64,000 bases of DNA. Origin: the human T2T-CHM13v2.0 reference genome, Homo sapiens. Made by a program: the position numbers and the translations under genes. This document shows, in pieces, positions 30,346-44,759 of this stretch (position 1 is the stretch's first letter; each line of letters starts with the position of its first letter). The stretch is taken from assembly GCF_009914755.1 (NCBI RefSeq), contig NC_060925.1. One strand, written 5' to 3'. The notes under the pieces were generated by a model, which did no database searches, had not been told where the DNA came from, and saw only the letters and a list, made by a program, of their open reading frames with translations.

Positions 30346-33300
30346 TTCTTTTTCGGACACAGGTGTTAATGACTGCATGCTGCGAGGTGCCCAGGCCCAG
30401 CTGAGGAAGGGCTGCAGGGGAAGCTGCTGTTTGGGTGGGTGAGGCTTGCGCGCGGGGCCAGGAGTCAGAGCATCTAGGCCAGGAGCCAGTGGGCTGGCTT
30501 AGCCGAGTCGGCCAGGCCTCTTGCCCGTCTGAGAACTCTTTTTGCCCCATTTTCCAGCCCAGAAAAGCAGATGGGAAGGAGTGGCTGTGTGGAATGGGGT
30601 GGGATAGGTGTTAGAAGGGCGGACTGTACCTCTGGTCCTGTTAACCAGCTTGTCGATGACTGAGGATCGCAGACAGTGAGATGTCTTTCTAATGGCCATG
30701 TCACCCCAACCTGGTGCTCCTTGCCTCTTCTCTCATTTTATCGTTCAGCATACTTAGCACCATCTAACCTTCTACCTTTCTTTTTTCTTCATGGCCCCTC
30801 TCTCCAACGCATGCAGTCAAGCTGTTAGAGGATGACTTGGGGCTATTCTGTCCCCTGCTGAATTCCTGGCCTTTAGAGTGGTGTCTGTCCCAAAGTAGGC
30901 AACACGGAAAGATTGACTGAATTAACTGAGTATTCAGCCCTTTCCTTTGCCTCTCCTGTAAAACAACGGTATTGGAGTCAAAGATCCCTAAGGCGTCTCT
31001 CCAGCTCCACACAGATTTTCTTCTCATCCTTAATGTGCGATGGGGTCACCTGGGGGAGACGAGGCAAGGGAGGGAGGCTGCAGTCATTGTCACCCCTTAG
31101 CAGTGACAGGTTGACACCATAGGAGATCTGTGCTCAGAGGGCCTCTTTGTCAAGAGGTGAGGAGAGGAAGGGCTGTTCACACAACCTCCCCGAGTCAGGG
31201 CCCCTCCCAGGGCTCAGTTGCCTTTGAGTAGCCCCAGGTGCTCCCAGCCAGGTATTGTCCTGCCTGGGCTGCAGGGGCTGAGCAGGCCTGGCATATAGAA
31301 GGAGGGTGTGAGGAGCTAGGTTGGCACTGGGACAGAAAATAAGTGTGTGTAAATGTATGCAGATGTATGCAAATCTCTGCAGTTCTGCAGCCTGCTGGCT
31401 GGCTTTCCGGGTAGGAGACCCATCGCTCCACCCTGGGCCCCACCCCAGCTGCAACATCTCCTTCTGGCCTGTGAATTGCTGCTGCTTGCATCTCCCTCTC
31501 AAGAGCATCTTCTCCCTCTCAGCGGCATTGTCCCTCTTCTGTGCCCCCCAAGAGGTCTGGGAAGGTGAGAAAGCTGAATCGTGAGACAGGGAAAGGAAGG
31601 GACATGGACTCAAACTGAGGAGGACAGCACCCGAAATGACAGAAGAGGGCCACCAAACCCGGAGCTCTTGATTGCAGCCCCTACTCAGCCTTAGATATCA
31701 AAATTGCCACCTGGATAGAGCAACCCTGCTCAGGGTCTGGAACAATCTAAGGAAGGGCTTAGCGATGTCTTTGATGAGGCAGCCTGTGCAGGCTGCAGGC
31801 TAGACAATGCGAGGACAGTCTGCAGAGGTGTCTTCTCTCCCTCCCCTCTCAAGCCCCCACTCTCCTCTCTTCCTGAAGCAGGGCTTCTGTGGCGTGGGAA
31901 GCTGCCCCACCTGCATGGGAAGCACCAGCCACACCTGCATGGGCCATTAGCATTTTAAAAAGCTGCCTGTCTCTCCTCTCACTGCCTCCCGCTAGCACAC
32001 ACATCCACCCATTTGCCATCAGCAAGTCTTTGTGGAATCAGCAACAGCAGACACAATCCTGAAGCAGAGAGGGAAAGACAGTCCCTGCCCTGGGAAAGCT
32101 CATAGTCTGCTGGCAAAGGGTGGGGTGGGACAACAGCTGACAGAACAAGCAGAACTCCATCACCCACAGGCTCCTAGCACCACCCCTCATTTTGTTGAAG
32201 AAACAGATTCAGAGCATGCAGGTGATTTCTCTAGAGTCACACAGCCAAGGTGGCAGTGCTGCGGCTCTAACCAGGGTTTCCCGACTTCCAGGCTGGTGCT
32301 CTGTAGGCAGCACTTTGCCCGCTTATTCCATGTAAGGTGGAGAGAGTGTCAGTCAGTAAATCGGGGTCATTAATTGAAGAATGGGGGCCCTGGCACAGAA
32401 GGCTTCCTGGGGGGAGGTGGTCTTTGGATTGTGCTCTAAAGACTGAGATACATAGAGAGTGGCAAGGAGGAGATAATCAATTGTACCCAGCAGGGAATGG
32501 GAGAAAAGCACAGGTCTTGGGGTCCAGGTGGCAAGATGATAGCACCTTGCAGAAAGGGGTGGAGGGCCTCATAGCCAACTGGGAGGGGACCCAGTCTTTA
32601 CCTCCCAGCTCAGAGCCCTACCCGTCAGACCAGGAGCGAGTCCAGGGAGGATTGGGATGCGGTTCGTGGCCCTCTCCTATCACTCTCAGATACTACCATT
32701 CTCAATTTGGGGCTACGTCCTCTCCCAGTCACATCTCACTCCCTGTTCCTGATTACTGGGGGCCTCTGTGGACGTTGTTCAGTCTGCATGAGGCTCCTAT
32801 CACCAAAGATGTTGCCAAGCCCTGCCTTAGATTGCCCCAGACACCAAGCAGTGTTGCCCCATCTGGCAGGTGGAAGTTTTGATATCTGGGGCTGAGTAGG
32901 GGCTGCAACTGTGAGGTTGGGATGTGGGGTGGGAATAGGGGTATTCAATCATGGCTGCCGCCACTAGCTTCATAAAGCCTTAGGTAACTGATGCCTTTTC
33001 CAGCCCCATCGTCTCCAGCTTCAGGCCCTATTCATCTATCAACCCCACAAGCCTGTCAGCAAGTGGGGCTACTTGGGTCCTCGGGCCTCAATCCACTCCT
33101 GGCCAGAGACAACTTCCTCTCCCATGGGAAAGGCTAACGCATGCCCATAAATTAAGACATTTGCTCTCCCTCCAAGCCCTGGAAACCTGGGACTCTCTAA
33201 CATCTACCTCTGTTTTCTTTGGCTGCATTCAACTTTCCTGCAATTAGTCAGGCCCTGGGGCAGCAGTTAGACGACAGATGAGTCAGAGGATTGCAGAACC

Positions 33301-33846
33301 TAATCCAGAAGGAAGAGTTTATCCAAATGTTGGTGGCCTTTCTCTTTTGGCGCATTCTCTTCTGGTTCTGTCTTTTCTCAGGAGTCCTCTGAGCTTCCAT
33401 GTACTGGGCCCGCACGATATGTGCAGTCATTTGTATGTTGCAATGATTGCAACATTGTCATGGGGGAAGGGAAGGGGGCAGTTTAGCATGTGTCTGAGTA
33501 CATATTCTTTTTCCTCTCCCACCATCAAACTGTGGCTCCTATTGGCCTCAGCACAGGCTTCTTCCCAACTCTGAGCCACTCCCTACTTTCAGTACTATCC
33601 CTTCTGCTTTTGCTCTAGTTGCAGCTGCAGGGAGGATGGATGAGCCTGGGGCCATTGGAGGCTCACCAGGATGGGGATGAATCAAGAGCAGGTGTTAAGA
33701 CTCTGCCTTCAGGCCCTGAGGGGTCAGGGTAGTGGGACCACCATCAGTGCAGGTGGGAAGAGGCTGAATGTAGCAAGCCATCCTGAGAATAGCACCAGCC
33801 ATGAGCTGAGAGCCAAGAAGTCTGGCAGCAGGCAAGGGAGTGGCAC

Positions 33847-33940
33847 TTTTTTTTTTTTTTTTGAGTGGTAGCAAGGTTTATTGTGAAGAGTGAAAGAACA
33901 AAGCTTCCACAGCGTGGAAGGGGACCCGAGCGGGTTGCCC
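33847..33940 (-). mobile_element. Polyadenylated LTR12 (ERV9) R-region retrocopy
   Basis: Minus strand GGCAACCCGCTCGGGTCCCCTTCCACGCTGTGGAAGCTTTGTTCTTTC...AATAAA...+A16; TSD GGGAGTGG(C/T)ACTT at 33836-33848 and 33941-33953. Confidence 0.85.
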
Positions 33941-35744
33941 GGGAGTGGTACTTCTTTGCCCATTGGTAGATCAAAAGGCCATTTTGGGCCCAAGCAGCCC
34001 CTATACCTGGGCTAAGGGAGTGCATCATGTGGGCAGGGCCTTATTTTGGCCTCACTTGTTCATTTCATAGCCTCTTGGTCAAGGCAGGGTTGGGGCTCAG
34101 CATGACCCAGGAGAAAGGGAGGGGAGGAGGTGGTTGCTGGAATGGAAAGCTTGTGGAGCTCCCAGGCTGCATGGGGTCTGCAGGAACCTGCGGGAGGGAG
34201 CCTTAGGAGCCAGCTTGAAGAGAGCCCTGTAATCAGAGGTCTGTGGACTTTGAGTAGCCAGAGGCGAAGCCGGGTTAGTCTTTGGTGGCAGAGCTCCCCA
34301 TGCAGGCCCCATGAACTCTCTATCAGCATAGTTGAGGACTGGCTTTGCTGGGTTACTCTAAAAGGATGGGGAGAGGAGGACAGGCAGGCAGCAAAGTAGC
34401 ATTATCCCTTGAGGCAGAATCGGAAATAGGTTATCTCTGTGATACATGGGTCGTGAGGTGAAGTGAGTGAGGGGCTGTGGGGTTTACGGGGAGCTGGCCT
34501 TTCTCTGGACAGCCTTGTCTGTGTAGAGCCCTGGGGCAGAACAGCAGGAAGGGCAGGCTCTACCCTGAAACTGGGGCTCTGGGAGCTGTCCAGCACGGGA
34601 ACCTGCTGAAGCCCCCTCGCTGCTCCAGGATTCAGAGACCAGTTTAGAGGGTCAGGCCTGAGAAAGGGAGCACTGAGCAGGGAATATTTGAACCTTCTCT
34701 ATGCAGGAGGGCATCTGGGCTAAGCATTAGGCAAGGGCAAGGTGCTTTGCTCTTGTGCCTAGCACAGCGAGGAGGCCGTTGAGGGGAGGGATGTGAAAGC
34801 AGCTGAGGATTGCTTCATGTCTCTAGTGTGGACCTGCCCCGCCTGAGGACTGTATCCAAGCACACCTCCAAGGCTGAGAGTCTGGGCTGGTCCTGAGGCA
34901 CTCCCACCACCAGTGGGACCCCAGTCCTTAGTACTGATAACCCAGGGAATCTCAGGCCGAGCTAAGGTGTCTGCCTCTGCTGCAAAGCCTGCTTATTTGG
35001 GTTCAATTTTGTCAGCTCTTCTGTGGGCCCTGACAGTGTGCTAGGCACAAGGATGTGTAAGGGTAGTAGTAGGCACCTCACCCTGACTCATGCTTAGAAC
35101 TGAAGACTGCTTTGCTTCTCTTCCTTCATTCAACAAATCCCTTCCTTTCAACTAAAGCTTTCTCAATAAGCCAGATCTTCAGAGGCTCCAGCCAGCTCTC
35201 TCTTTCCCATTCTCTGGCTCAGTGGCTATCCTTTCTTCAAGTGCTTCCTGGAAGCCTCCTCCCTCCCCCAAGTGCCAAGGGGCGCCGAGTCTGTTTCTCA
35301 CCTCTGCTCACCAGGTCCCTCCTCTCCAGGCCATACCAGGTTTCTGATCAATCCGAGGCAGGGACTGGGGGCATAGTGGGGCCAGGGTAGGGGCAGGCAG
35401 GCACAGCAGTGTGCACTGTCACAGCAAGTGGGCTGGGTCTGGGAATTTCAGTTGGGATTAGAAGCTGGCCTCCAACATGGCCACTGTCTTCCAGCCAAGG
35501 GAAGGGAGAAGAAATTCCATCTCTCTGCCTCCTGGCCGAGTTGAAAGCAGATTTTTCTGTGCTGTCTCAGTCATCACTTACGTGTCCCCTGCAACCAAGG
35601 TGCCCTTCTTCTGCCTCTTCCACCAAGCCATGTCCTTCCTGATGCAGCATTCTCCTCCTCTAGGATGCTCATTAACTAACTGTGGTTAACTTCGCTTCGG
35701 GACTGCGTCCTCTTCAGTTATGTGCATCACTCATACCAGAGATG

Positions 35745-36000
35745 CTGTGGAGTCATGGTTTAGAATATCAGCTCTGGAGCCAGCAGCCTGGGCTTAAATC
35801 TTAGCCACCCCACGTCTTGATTGTGTGATTAAGGCAAGCGCCTTAACCTCACTGCATCTCAGTTTTCTCACCATAAAATGATAACAACAACATTATCTAC
35901 CCAATGGGGTTTTGTGAAAATGAAATGAGTTGATACACATAAAATGCTGGAAGCAATGCCTGGCATGTGGTACGTGTCCATCAGTGTTTGCTGTTATTAT
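35745..36000 (+). mobile_element. MIR (near full length)
   Basis: GCTCTGGAGCCAG...CTCAGTTTTCTCACCATAAAATG...TGCTGTTATTATT. Confidence 0.8.
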
Positions 36001-36437
36001 TTCTCTCTTGAGCCTCTGTCCACCTGTAGACCCCATCTCTCCCATCAGGCTGGGAAATTGCCAAGGGCACCTTCGTGTATCTCTCATTAGTCCAAGGGCT
36101 TCCTGATGACAGGGACTCTCTTCCCTTCTTTGGGGTACCCTAACCCCAGCCCTGAGGTTAGCTCAAGTTAGCCCAGGGTTTTGGATGCACTGAAGAGGGA
36201 GCTTGGTCAAGCCAGTCCTGTTACTGGCTGGGCTCATGTGAAAGAACCACAGCAGCTCATGGGCTGGACTTTCAAAGAACTCCTCAGGACTTTTTGTTTG
36301 TTTGTTTGTTTATGGATCAGGAAAGGGCAGACACTGTCACTCTCTGGCTCTGTCTTTGGCCCAGACTTAGTGCCTGGTCATGAGATTCCCATTTCCATCA
36401 TTCTCCAGTTACTTCCTGTGGCCACTTATTCCACCAT

Positions 36438-37060
<623 letters not shown>

Positions 37061-37317
37061 TGCAGTCCCATCTGGCTTCCCAGCCTTCACCCAGCTAAGG
37101 CACCCAGCATTTCTCAGGATTCACACACATTGGCCTTGGCCAAATACCCCCCTACACTCTCCTTCTTCCCCTCCGGCCTCACTCTGAAGACAGCTAAGCT
37201 GTCTTCCTGGGGGCTTCCTGGTCAAGGCTCACTGTGCAAACTACAGACTATCACATAATCTCCTAACATGCCCCTGGGGCCCGCTGGTTAAAGCCTGAGA
37301 AGAGGATCTGCAAAGAT

Positions 37318-37440
37318 CCCTTCCCACAGGCTGCAGAGCCCGTGCTCCACCGGGCTGAGGGCCAAGCTGGGAGTCCATAAGGACCCCTTCCCACAGGCTG
37401 CAGAGCCCCTGCTCCACCAGGCTGAGGGCCAAGCTGGGAG
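37318..37440. repeat. 67-bp-period tandem duplication (56-bp core, 54/56 identical)
   Basis: CCCTTCCCACAGGCTGCAGAGCCC...AAGCTGGGAG at 37318-37373 and 37385-37440. Confidence 0.92.
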
Positions 37441-37779
37441 GACCTGAGGCACAGGAGCCGGGTTTCCTCCCTCACACTCCTGCGGAAGCTCAGCCCCCAT
37501 GCTCCACCTGCTTCCTGTTCCACGGGGAAGATTTCCTGGTCTGTTTCCTTGGCAGCTGTGTCTCATTTCCTCCTGCTGTGCCCGTGATGTCCTGGCCCAG
37601 TGTGACAAGGTGAGGCAGGCCCCTCCCCTGTGAGGTGTGCCATCTCCTGCCCAACTCCATTGCCCCAGATTCCAGAGAGCAGAGTCGGGGAAGTAGGCCC
37701 CACCCACCTTGGCCAGGGAGCAAGGGGAGGGAGTTCAGCTGCAGGATGCCTGGGCGTCAAGATGTCGTCAATGCCTCCA

Positions 37780-38160
37780 ATATATACTGAGTGTCTACTA
37801 CGTGCCAGGCATGATACCAGGCGCCAGGTGGCCAAAGCTAAGTGTTCTTCAAGAAGGCAGCTTTGGAGATGAGCCAGGTATACCTGGTGACTGAGCAGCC
37901 AACGCTATGTACACAGTGCTCTGGCAGCTCAGGGCCACTTACAGAAGGTCAGAGAGGCCTTCCTGGAAGGGATGACGTCTGAGCTGAGCTTGGAGGATGA
38001 ATAGAAATTAGCTAAGGATAAGCTTGAAACCTCGTGGTGTGTGGATAAATGATAAACTATTCAGTAAAACTTGAAGATAAAGAATGAGGCAGGGCAGAGA
38101 GATGAGTCTGGGAAATAGGGAGGAATCAAGTGCTGGAGGATCTTAGAGGACCCCCAAGAA
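37780..38160 (-). mobile_element. L2 fragment
   Basis: ATACTGAGTGTCTACTACGTGCCAGGCA...GAGCTGAGCTTGGAGGATGAATAG. Confidence 0.65.
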
Positions 38161-40254
38161 ACTTGATTTTACCCCGTAGGAGGGTCGTTATCAGAACCAC
38201 AATTCGATCAGGTCTTTTTGGCCTCAGGGTGGAAATGGTGTGAGTGGGCCATGCGGCGTGGGGCCGGGAGAACAAAGTGTGTGTCCTGGTGAGGAATCGG
38301 AACTGCCTGAGTTAGGGTGGTAAGACCAGAGAGCAAGGGCCAAGAAAACTGGCAGGACCACAGGACCAACTGGATGTGCTTCGCCTGGAATAGGAGCAGG
38401 GGGTGGAGCTGTGACCTTGGACAATCTCTCACACTCTCCAAACCTCAAGTTCATCATCTGTCAATTGCCTTCCCCCGACTAGAAGGAGCTGAGCTAATGG
38501 ATGCAGTAAAAGCAGTGGGTGAGGGCAGTCATCGTGTTGCCATTTTAAAAAGGCTGTGAAACTACAAGCTGGTAGGGTCCCGGCCATGAGGAACCCGAGT
38601 CTTCAGTTTGGGGACAGAAGTAAGTGGGAGGGGGGTGTTATTGTTTTCTGTGGCTTACCCTGGAGCTGATAGGCTATACAGAGGCCATGACATCCCTCCC
38701 CCTGCCTCTGGACAGATGATCATTATCAGGTGGGGCATTGGCATCAGGAAGGAGCTGCCTGTCATTCAGAAAACATTTCTGGAGCCTCTAGTGGGGACAG
38801 GACTTTTGTTGGCCCCACTTAGCATATGGGGAGGCATAAGGCCAGATCTCTGCCTGCTGACAGTCACCCACCCTGACAGCCTCCCCACTTGGGCTTAGCT
38901 GGCCAGGTTGGGCCCCCCAGGAGGCAAAACCCTGCAAGGAGAACCCTCTGGGACAATGAGGTCACACTCTCTTTGGATCACGTGATTCAAGGTTCCCAGC
39001 TCCTCCTCATGTCATTTTCTTGTATCCAACCCCAATCTTTATGGCTAGAGGAGGACTTCCTTTTGCAGGGCCTGTTTTCAGTGGGAACAGAGAACAAAGG
39101 CATTATATCTGCAAGGTCCATGAGCCAGCCTCCCTTTGACCTTCACTCTGGAATCAGCCACCCTAGTCCATTAACCTCTCCTTGGACGGCCCCTTCCATC
39201 CCTTTTTCCCAGATGCAATTCCAGTTCCCTGTGCGCCTTGTAAGCACAGAGCACAAAATGAATTTGTTAAGGGTTTCATGAGGTCCTGACCCACAGGTGG
39301 TACAGAAGAATGGATTCTCTGGCAGTTCAGAGTCTGTGGCAGGCAGCCAGCGAAATCCAGGACTTAGGGCCCACTTCGATGCTCAAGTCATGGGAGCTTC
39401 TCTCCATGAATTTTGCGTCTGTCATGAGCCCCTCTTACTAGGAGGGGGAACCATCAGGCAGGCTTCCGAGCGCCTGCTCTGATTCTCTTCAGCGCCACTC
39501 ACGCAATTGCTATAAAAGAGACCAGGCTCAGGGACAGGGGGAGGGAGGGATGGCGTCTGTGTCATAAACAAGGAGAGATATTTAGTGGTTTTTAAGCACC
39601 ATAGGCATCTCCAGGGAGAGTTTGAGGGGGAAAAAACAACACTTTATTTGGAAACAATTCTGCTGAGATACAATCTTGTCTCAGCTTCACTTTCTCTGCT
39701 ATTTATTATGAAGTGCTATGTGCTCAAAAATAGGGGCTGAGTTTTAAAGTCACAGGCCAAGCTCTGGGCTCTGAACCGAGGAGACAGCTTGGGCCCGGTT
39801 ATCTGCCCTAGAGAGGAAGGGTCTTAAGCAAAGCGGCTCATCTGTGACTCGGGATACCTCATTCTTCCAACTCCTGGGACGTAGGCCCCAGTCATCCCTG
39901 AAAGCCTTTGTACAGTGAATGACCTCTGTACCAGAGGGGTCCCCAAGGCTGGAGCAGAGAAAAGCCCCAAAGGAGAGACTCTCCAGGTCTCTCCAGGTTG
40001 CTGAGTGAGCCTCCTCCCTTGACTTGCTTTCTCTGTTTCTCTGTGACTTTCTCTTCCTTTTACTCCTGCCCCATGCCCTGTGTGGTGCTATCCTGCTCTG
40101 AACCAAAAGTGGACAATAACCCCAACGACTTCTCCTTTTCCCCTGAAGCATGGTGGAGACAGGCTGGAGTTTTCAAAAAGTTTGTGTCTCTTCAAACATG
40201 GATCCTGGAACAGAAAAAGAACATTAGTGGAAGAACTGGTGGACTCCAAATACA

Positions 40255-40435
40255 GTCTATACTTTAGTTAATAGTAATGTGCCAGTGTTGATTTCTTAGT
40301 TTTAGCAAATGTACCGTGGTTATGTAAATTCTAAAATTAGGGGAAACTGGGTGAAGCGTAGATGGGAACTCTGTACTATCTTTGCAACTTTTCTGTAAAT
40401 CTAAAATTACTTCAAAATAAAAACTCAAAAAAATA
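40255..40435 (+). mobile_element. L1M (MC/MD-like) 3' end
   Basis: GGGAACTCTGTACTATCTTTGCAACTTTTCTGTAAATCTAAAATTA...AAATAAAA. Confidence 0.8.
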
Positions 40436-40925
40436 GGTGAGGGAGTGACAAAAAAAAAATGGACCAAGATGAGTCAGAAATTTCAAGCCTGGGGAGGCTT
40501 ACAACACTAAGGTACCTGATCCCTCAGTCCTAGTAAAAGAGCAAAGGACTCTCCTGAGCCGAAAAGCCCTCAAGATCAAGTTTGTCCTGGGATCACAATC
40601 CTCTAGCACTTGAGAGATTCCCTACCTGAAGTCTGGCTCTGGAAGTTTCATTTCCTTAGTTCTAGGAGCCATCTCCTGGGGAGGTTTGCCCTTCCCTGGG
40701 TCTCTGCCAAAGCTGTTCAGTAAACCTGCTGTTCTCTTTTCCTCTTCCCAAGCTCTTGGATACTCCAGGTTGTCTCCTGCTCTGGCTTCTGGTCAGAGAC
40801 AGACTTATGGCAGCCATAGCAGTCACCCGTCTCATCTAGCTCCAGGGAGCTACTCAGCTGGAGGAGTCTTCAGACTTATTTCAGCTGGGGACCACATAAT
40901 TTACCTCAGCTCTAACATGGATAGC

Positions 40926-41586
<661 letters not shown>

Positions 41587-42101
41587 AAGGGCCAATATTT
41601 AAAAGAGTTGAACTTGAAGCTAGATAAAGCAGGAGAGTCCCCTAGCCCAGCATCCCTTTCTACTCCCTCATGGCAGCCTCAGTGGTGGTGTCGAGGAGGG
41701 GATCCACAGGCCCTTTGGAAACCTCTGAGTTCCAGCCAGCTCAGGTTATCAGCTGCCCCCTCTCTGGAGCACCTCAGGATGGGTTCCGCAGGTATATTTC
41801 CCATACCCACCCTTCCACTGACCCACCAGAGAGAATGGTTTTTCAAAAGTCCACCTTTTAAGGGTCTAAAATGAAAAAAAACACCAATCCAATTAGAACA
41901 TGCCACCAGCATCAGAGGACTTCTTTCTCCACCAAATCACTGTCAAGGCCACCTCCTAAAGTCTTTCCTAAGTCTTTCTTGCTGCTGCAGTTTCAAGCTC
42001 TTTTCTTTATGTTTCTTCCCAGGGCAGGAGAAAAAGAATTGGACCCCACTGGGCCTAAAAAACTCCTTGTTCTTAAAGTTGCAATTCGGTTCTTCTCTAA
42101 G

Positions 42102-42402
42102 TTTTTTTGTTTTTGTTTTTGTTTTTTCTTTTTTGAGATGGAGTCTCGTTCTGTCACCCAGGCGGGAGTACAGTGGCGCGGTCTCGGCTCACTGGAACCT
42201 CTGCCTCCCAAGTTCAACAATTCTCATACCTCACCCTCCTGAGTAGCTGAGATTACAGGTGTGTGCCACCAGGCTGGCTAATTTGTTTTGTGTTTTTAGT
42301 AGAGACAGGGTTCCACCGTGTTGGCCAGGCTGGCCTCAAACTCCTGACCATCTCAGCCTCCCAAAGTGCTGGGTTTACAGGCTTGAGCCACTGCACCTAG
42401 AC
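42102..42402 (-). mobile_element. Diverged Alu SINE
   Basis: Antisense Alu with a left-arm deletion; followed by a T-rich tract at 42411-42453. Confidence 0.88.
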
Positions 42403-42924
42403 TTAAGCTATGTTTTTTTTTTTTGGTTTTTTTTTTTTTTTGGTTTTTTTTTTACCATGAGCTCATCCAGAGTTCTTCAGCCTTGGGCCACAGAGCCAGG
42501 CCTTCTGCACCCCTTGAGAGCTGCTCTTGGCTGGGGCATGCTCCAGGGGGACAGGGCTGGAAACCAGCTACCCCTCAGCTCCTACTCACACTCCTGCTGA
42601 CTTTCACCAGTCCCCCTCAGCCCCCTCACCCAGCCTCCCCATCCTGACAAGCCTGGCTCAGGCCAAGCAGAAATGGTAGCAGCATTCCTCTGATGCTGTT
42701 GGTATTATTGGAAAAGTCGGCTTCAAAACCACAGAGGGATTTAGAGTACTGGGGGCGAGAGCTCGGGAAGGAGTGTAGACAGTGAGACAGCTGAATTAAA
42801 CAGTGTCGGTGTGAGTCACTGCTCTCCTGCCTGCCGCCCCAGTCCTGGCGTGAACCTAGAAGCTGGTGAGACAGTTATCTTCTCAGTGAGTTAAATTGCT
42901 CTCTGAGTACAGAACCAGGGAGAC

Positions 42925-43000
42925 TGGACTGAAAATTACAGCAGGAAAGGTTTAGGCTAGACATCAAAAATAATTCTCTGAACTTCATGGGTCCCAAAAG
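42925..43000 (+). mobile_element. CR1/L3 LINE fragment
   Basis: CAGCAGGAAAGGTTTAGGCTAGACATCAAAAATAATTCTCTG resembles the CR1 ORF2 3' motif. Confidence 0.5.
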
Positions 43001-43832
43001 ATTTTACGGTTTCCTGGGAGGCATCCAGTATTTTGCCAAAGCTCCACCTGCCTGCAGTAACTCAAGTCAATCCTGCCACCTTAAGTATCTCTTCTATGAC
43101 TTGGTGACTCTCATGTTCTGAAAGGACCTCATATAGTCTCAACATGGAATTGCTGCATCACTGTAAAATTTACAGGAATGGTTGTTGTACGTTTTCATCT
43201 GTAACTAGGGTCAGGACACCCTACTGCCCTTTGCTTCTGGTAACAGAAGTCATGACTTTGGCAAAATTAATTTGCCTGAAAATTAGCCTGGAGGATGTCC
43301 CTTTGCTTTGTCTTCCACATGCCTGCATTTTCTTTCACTGTCTTCTACATGGTCACGTAGAATTGGGGTGCTTGGAAGGGCATCCAGGTATCACTGAACC
43401 CTTCCCTTCCTTGAAGGTGGAAAGTAGCCCCACTCCAGACAGTAGGCCAGGCAGGGAGTTGGGATGGGAGTATTCAGCATTTAGGACATCTACCGGGTCA
43501 GTGAGGGAGAGATTGTTATCCCCATTTTACAGATGAGCAACTGAGACTTAGGTTAATCATTTGCCCATGGCTCATAGAGAGTAGGTGCATTACTCTGGAT
43601 GGAAGCCAGGTCTTTGGGCATCGGGAACAAGGTTCTTTCCATTTCATCGCATAGCCTTTCAATTCTAGTCATAATAATGGTGATTAAGATAAAAACAAAT
43701 GGTTGGTCACAGAAGGCCAACAAAAATAACCGTGTGATTGAGCACTTCCTGAGCTCCCACTCTGTGCCCGAGCTCATCACTTCATCTCATTTTTCCTTGA
43801 AACAACCCTGTAAGATACATGCTGCTATTCTC

Positions 43833-44131
43833 ATTTTGTTTATTTATTTTGAGATAGGGTCTCGCTTTGTCACCAGGCTGGAGTGCAGTGGCACGATCAC
43901 TGCTCACTGCAGCCCTGACTTCCCAGGCTCAAGGATCCTCTCACCTCAGCCTCCCGAGTAGCTGTGACTAAAGGCATGTGGCACCACGCCTAGCTAATTT
44001 TTAATTTTTTTGTAGAGGTGGTGATCTTGTTATGTTGCCCAGGCTGGTCTCGAATTCCTGGACTCAAGTCATCCTCCTGCATTGGCCTCCTAAAGTGCTG
44101 GGATTACAGGTGTGAGCCACCGTGCCTGGCT
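43833..44131 (-). mobile_element. AluJ SINE (in a MIR)
   Basis: Full antisense Alu. Confidence 0.92.
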
Positions 44132-44170
44132 ACTATTCCTATTTTATAGATAAGAAAACTGAAGCTCATG

Positions 44171-44759
<589 letters not shown>

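Noticed and set aside
31622-31631. GGACAGCACC REST right half-site
   Set aside because: No left half nearby; isolated half-sites are common
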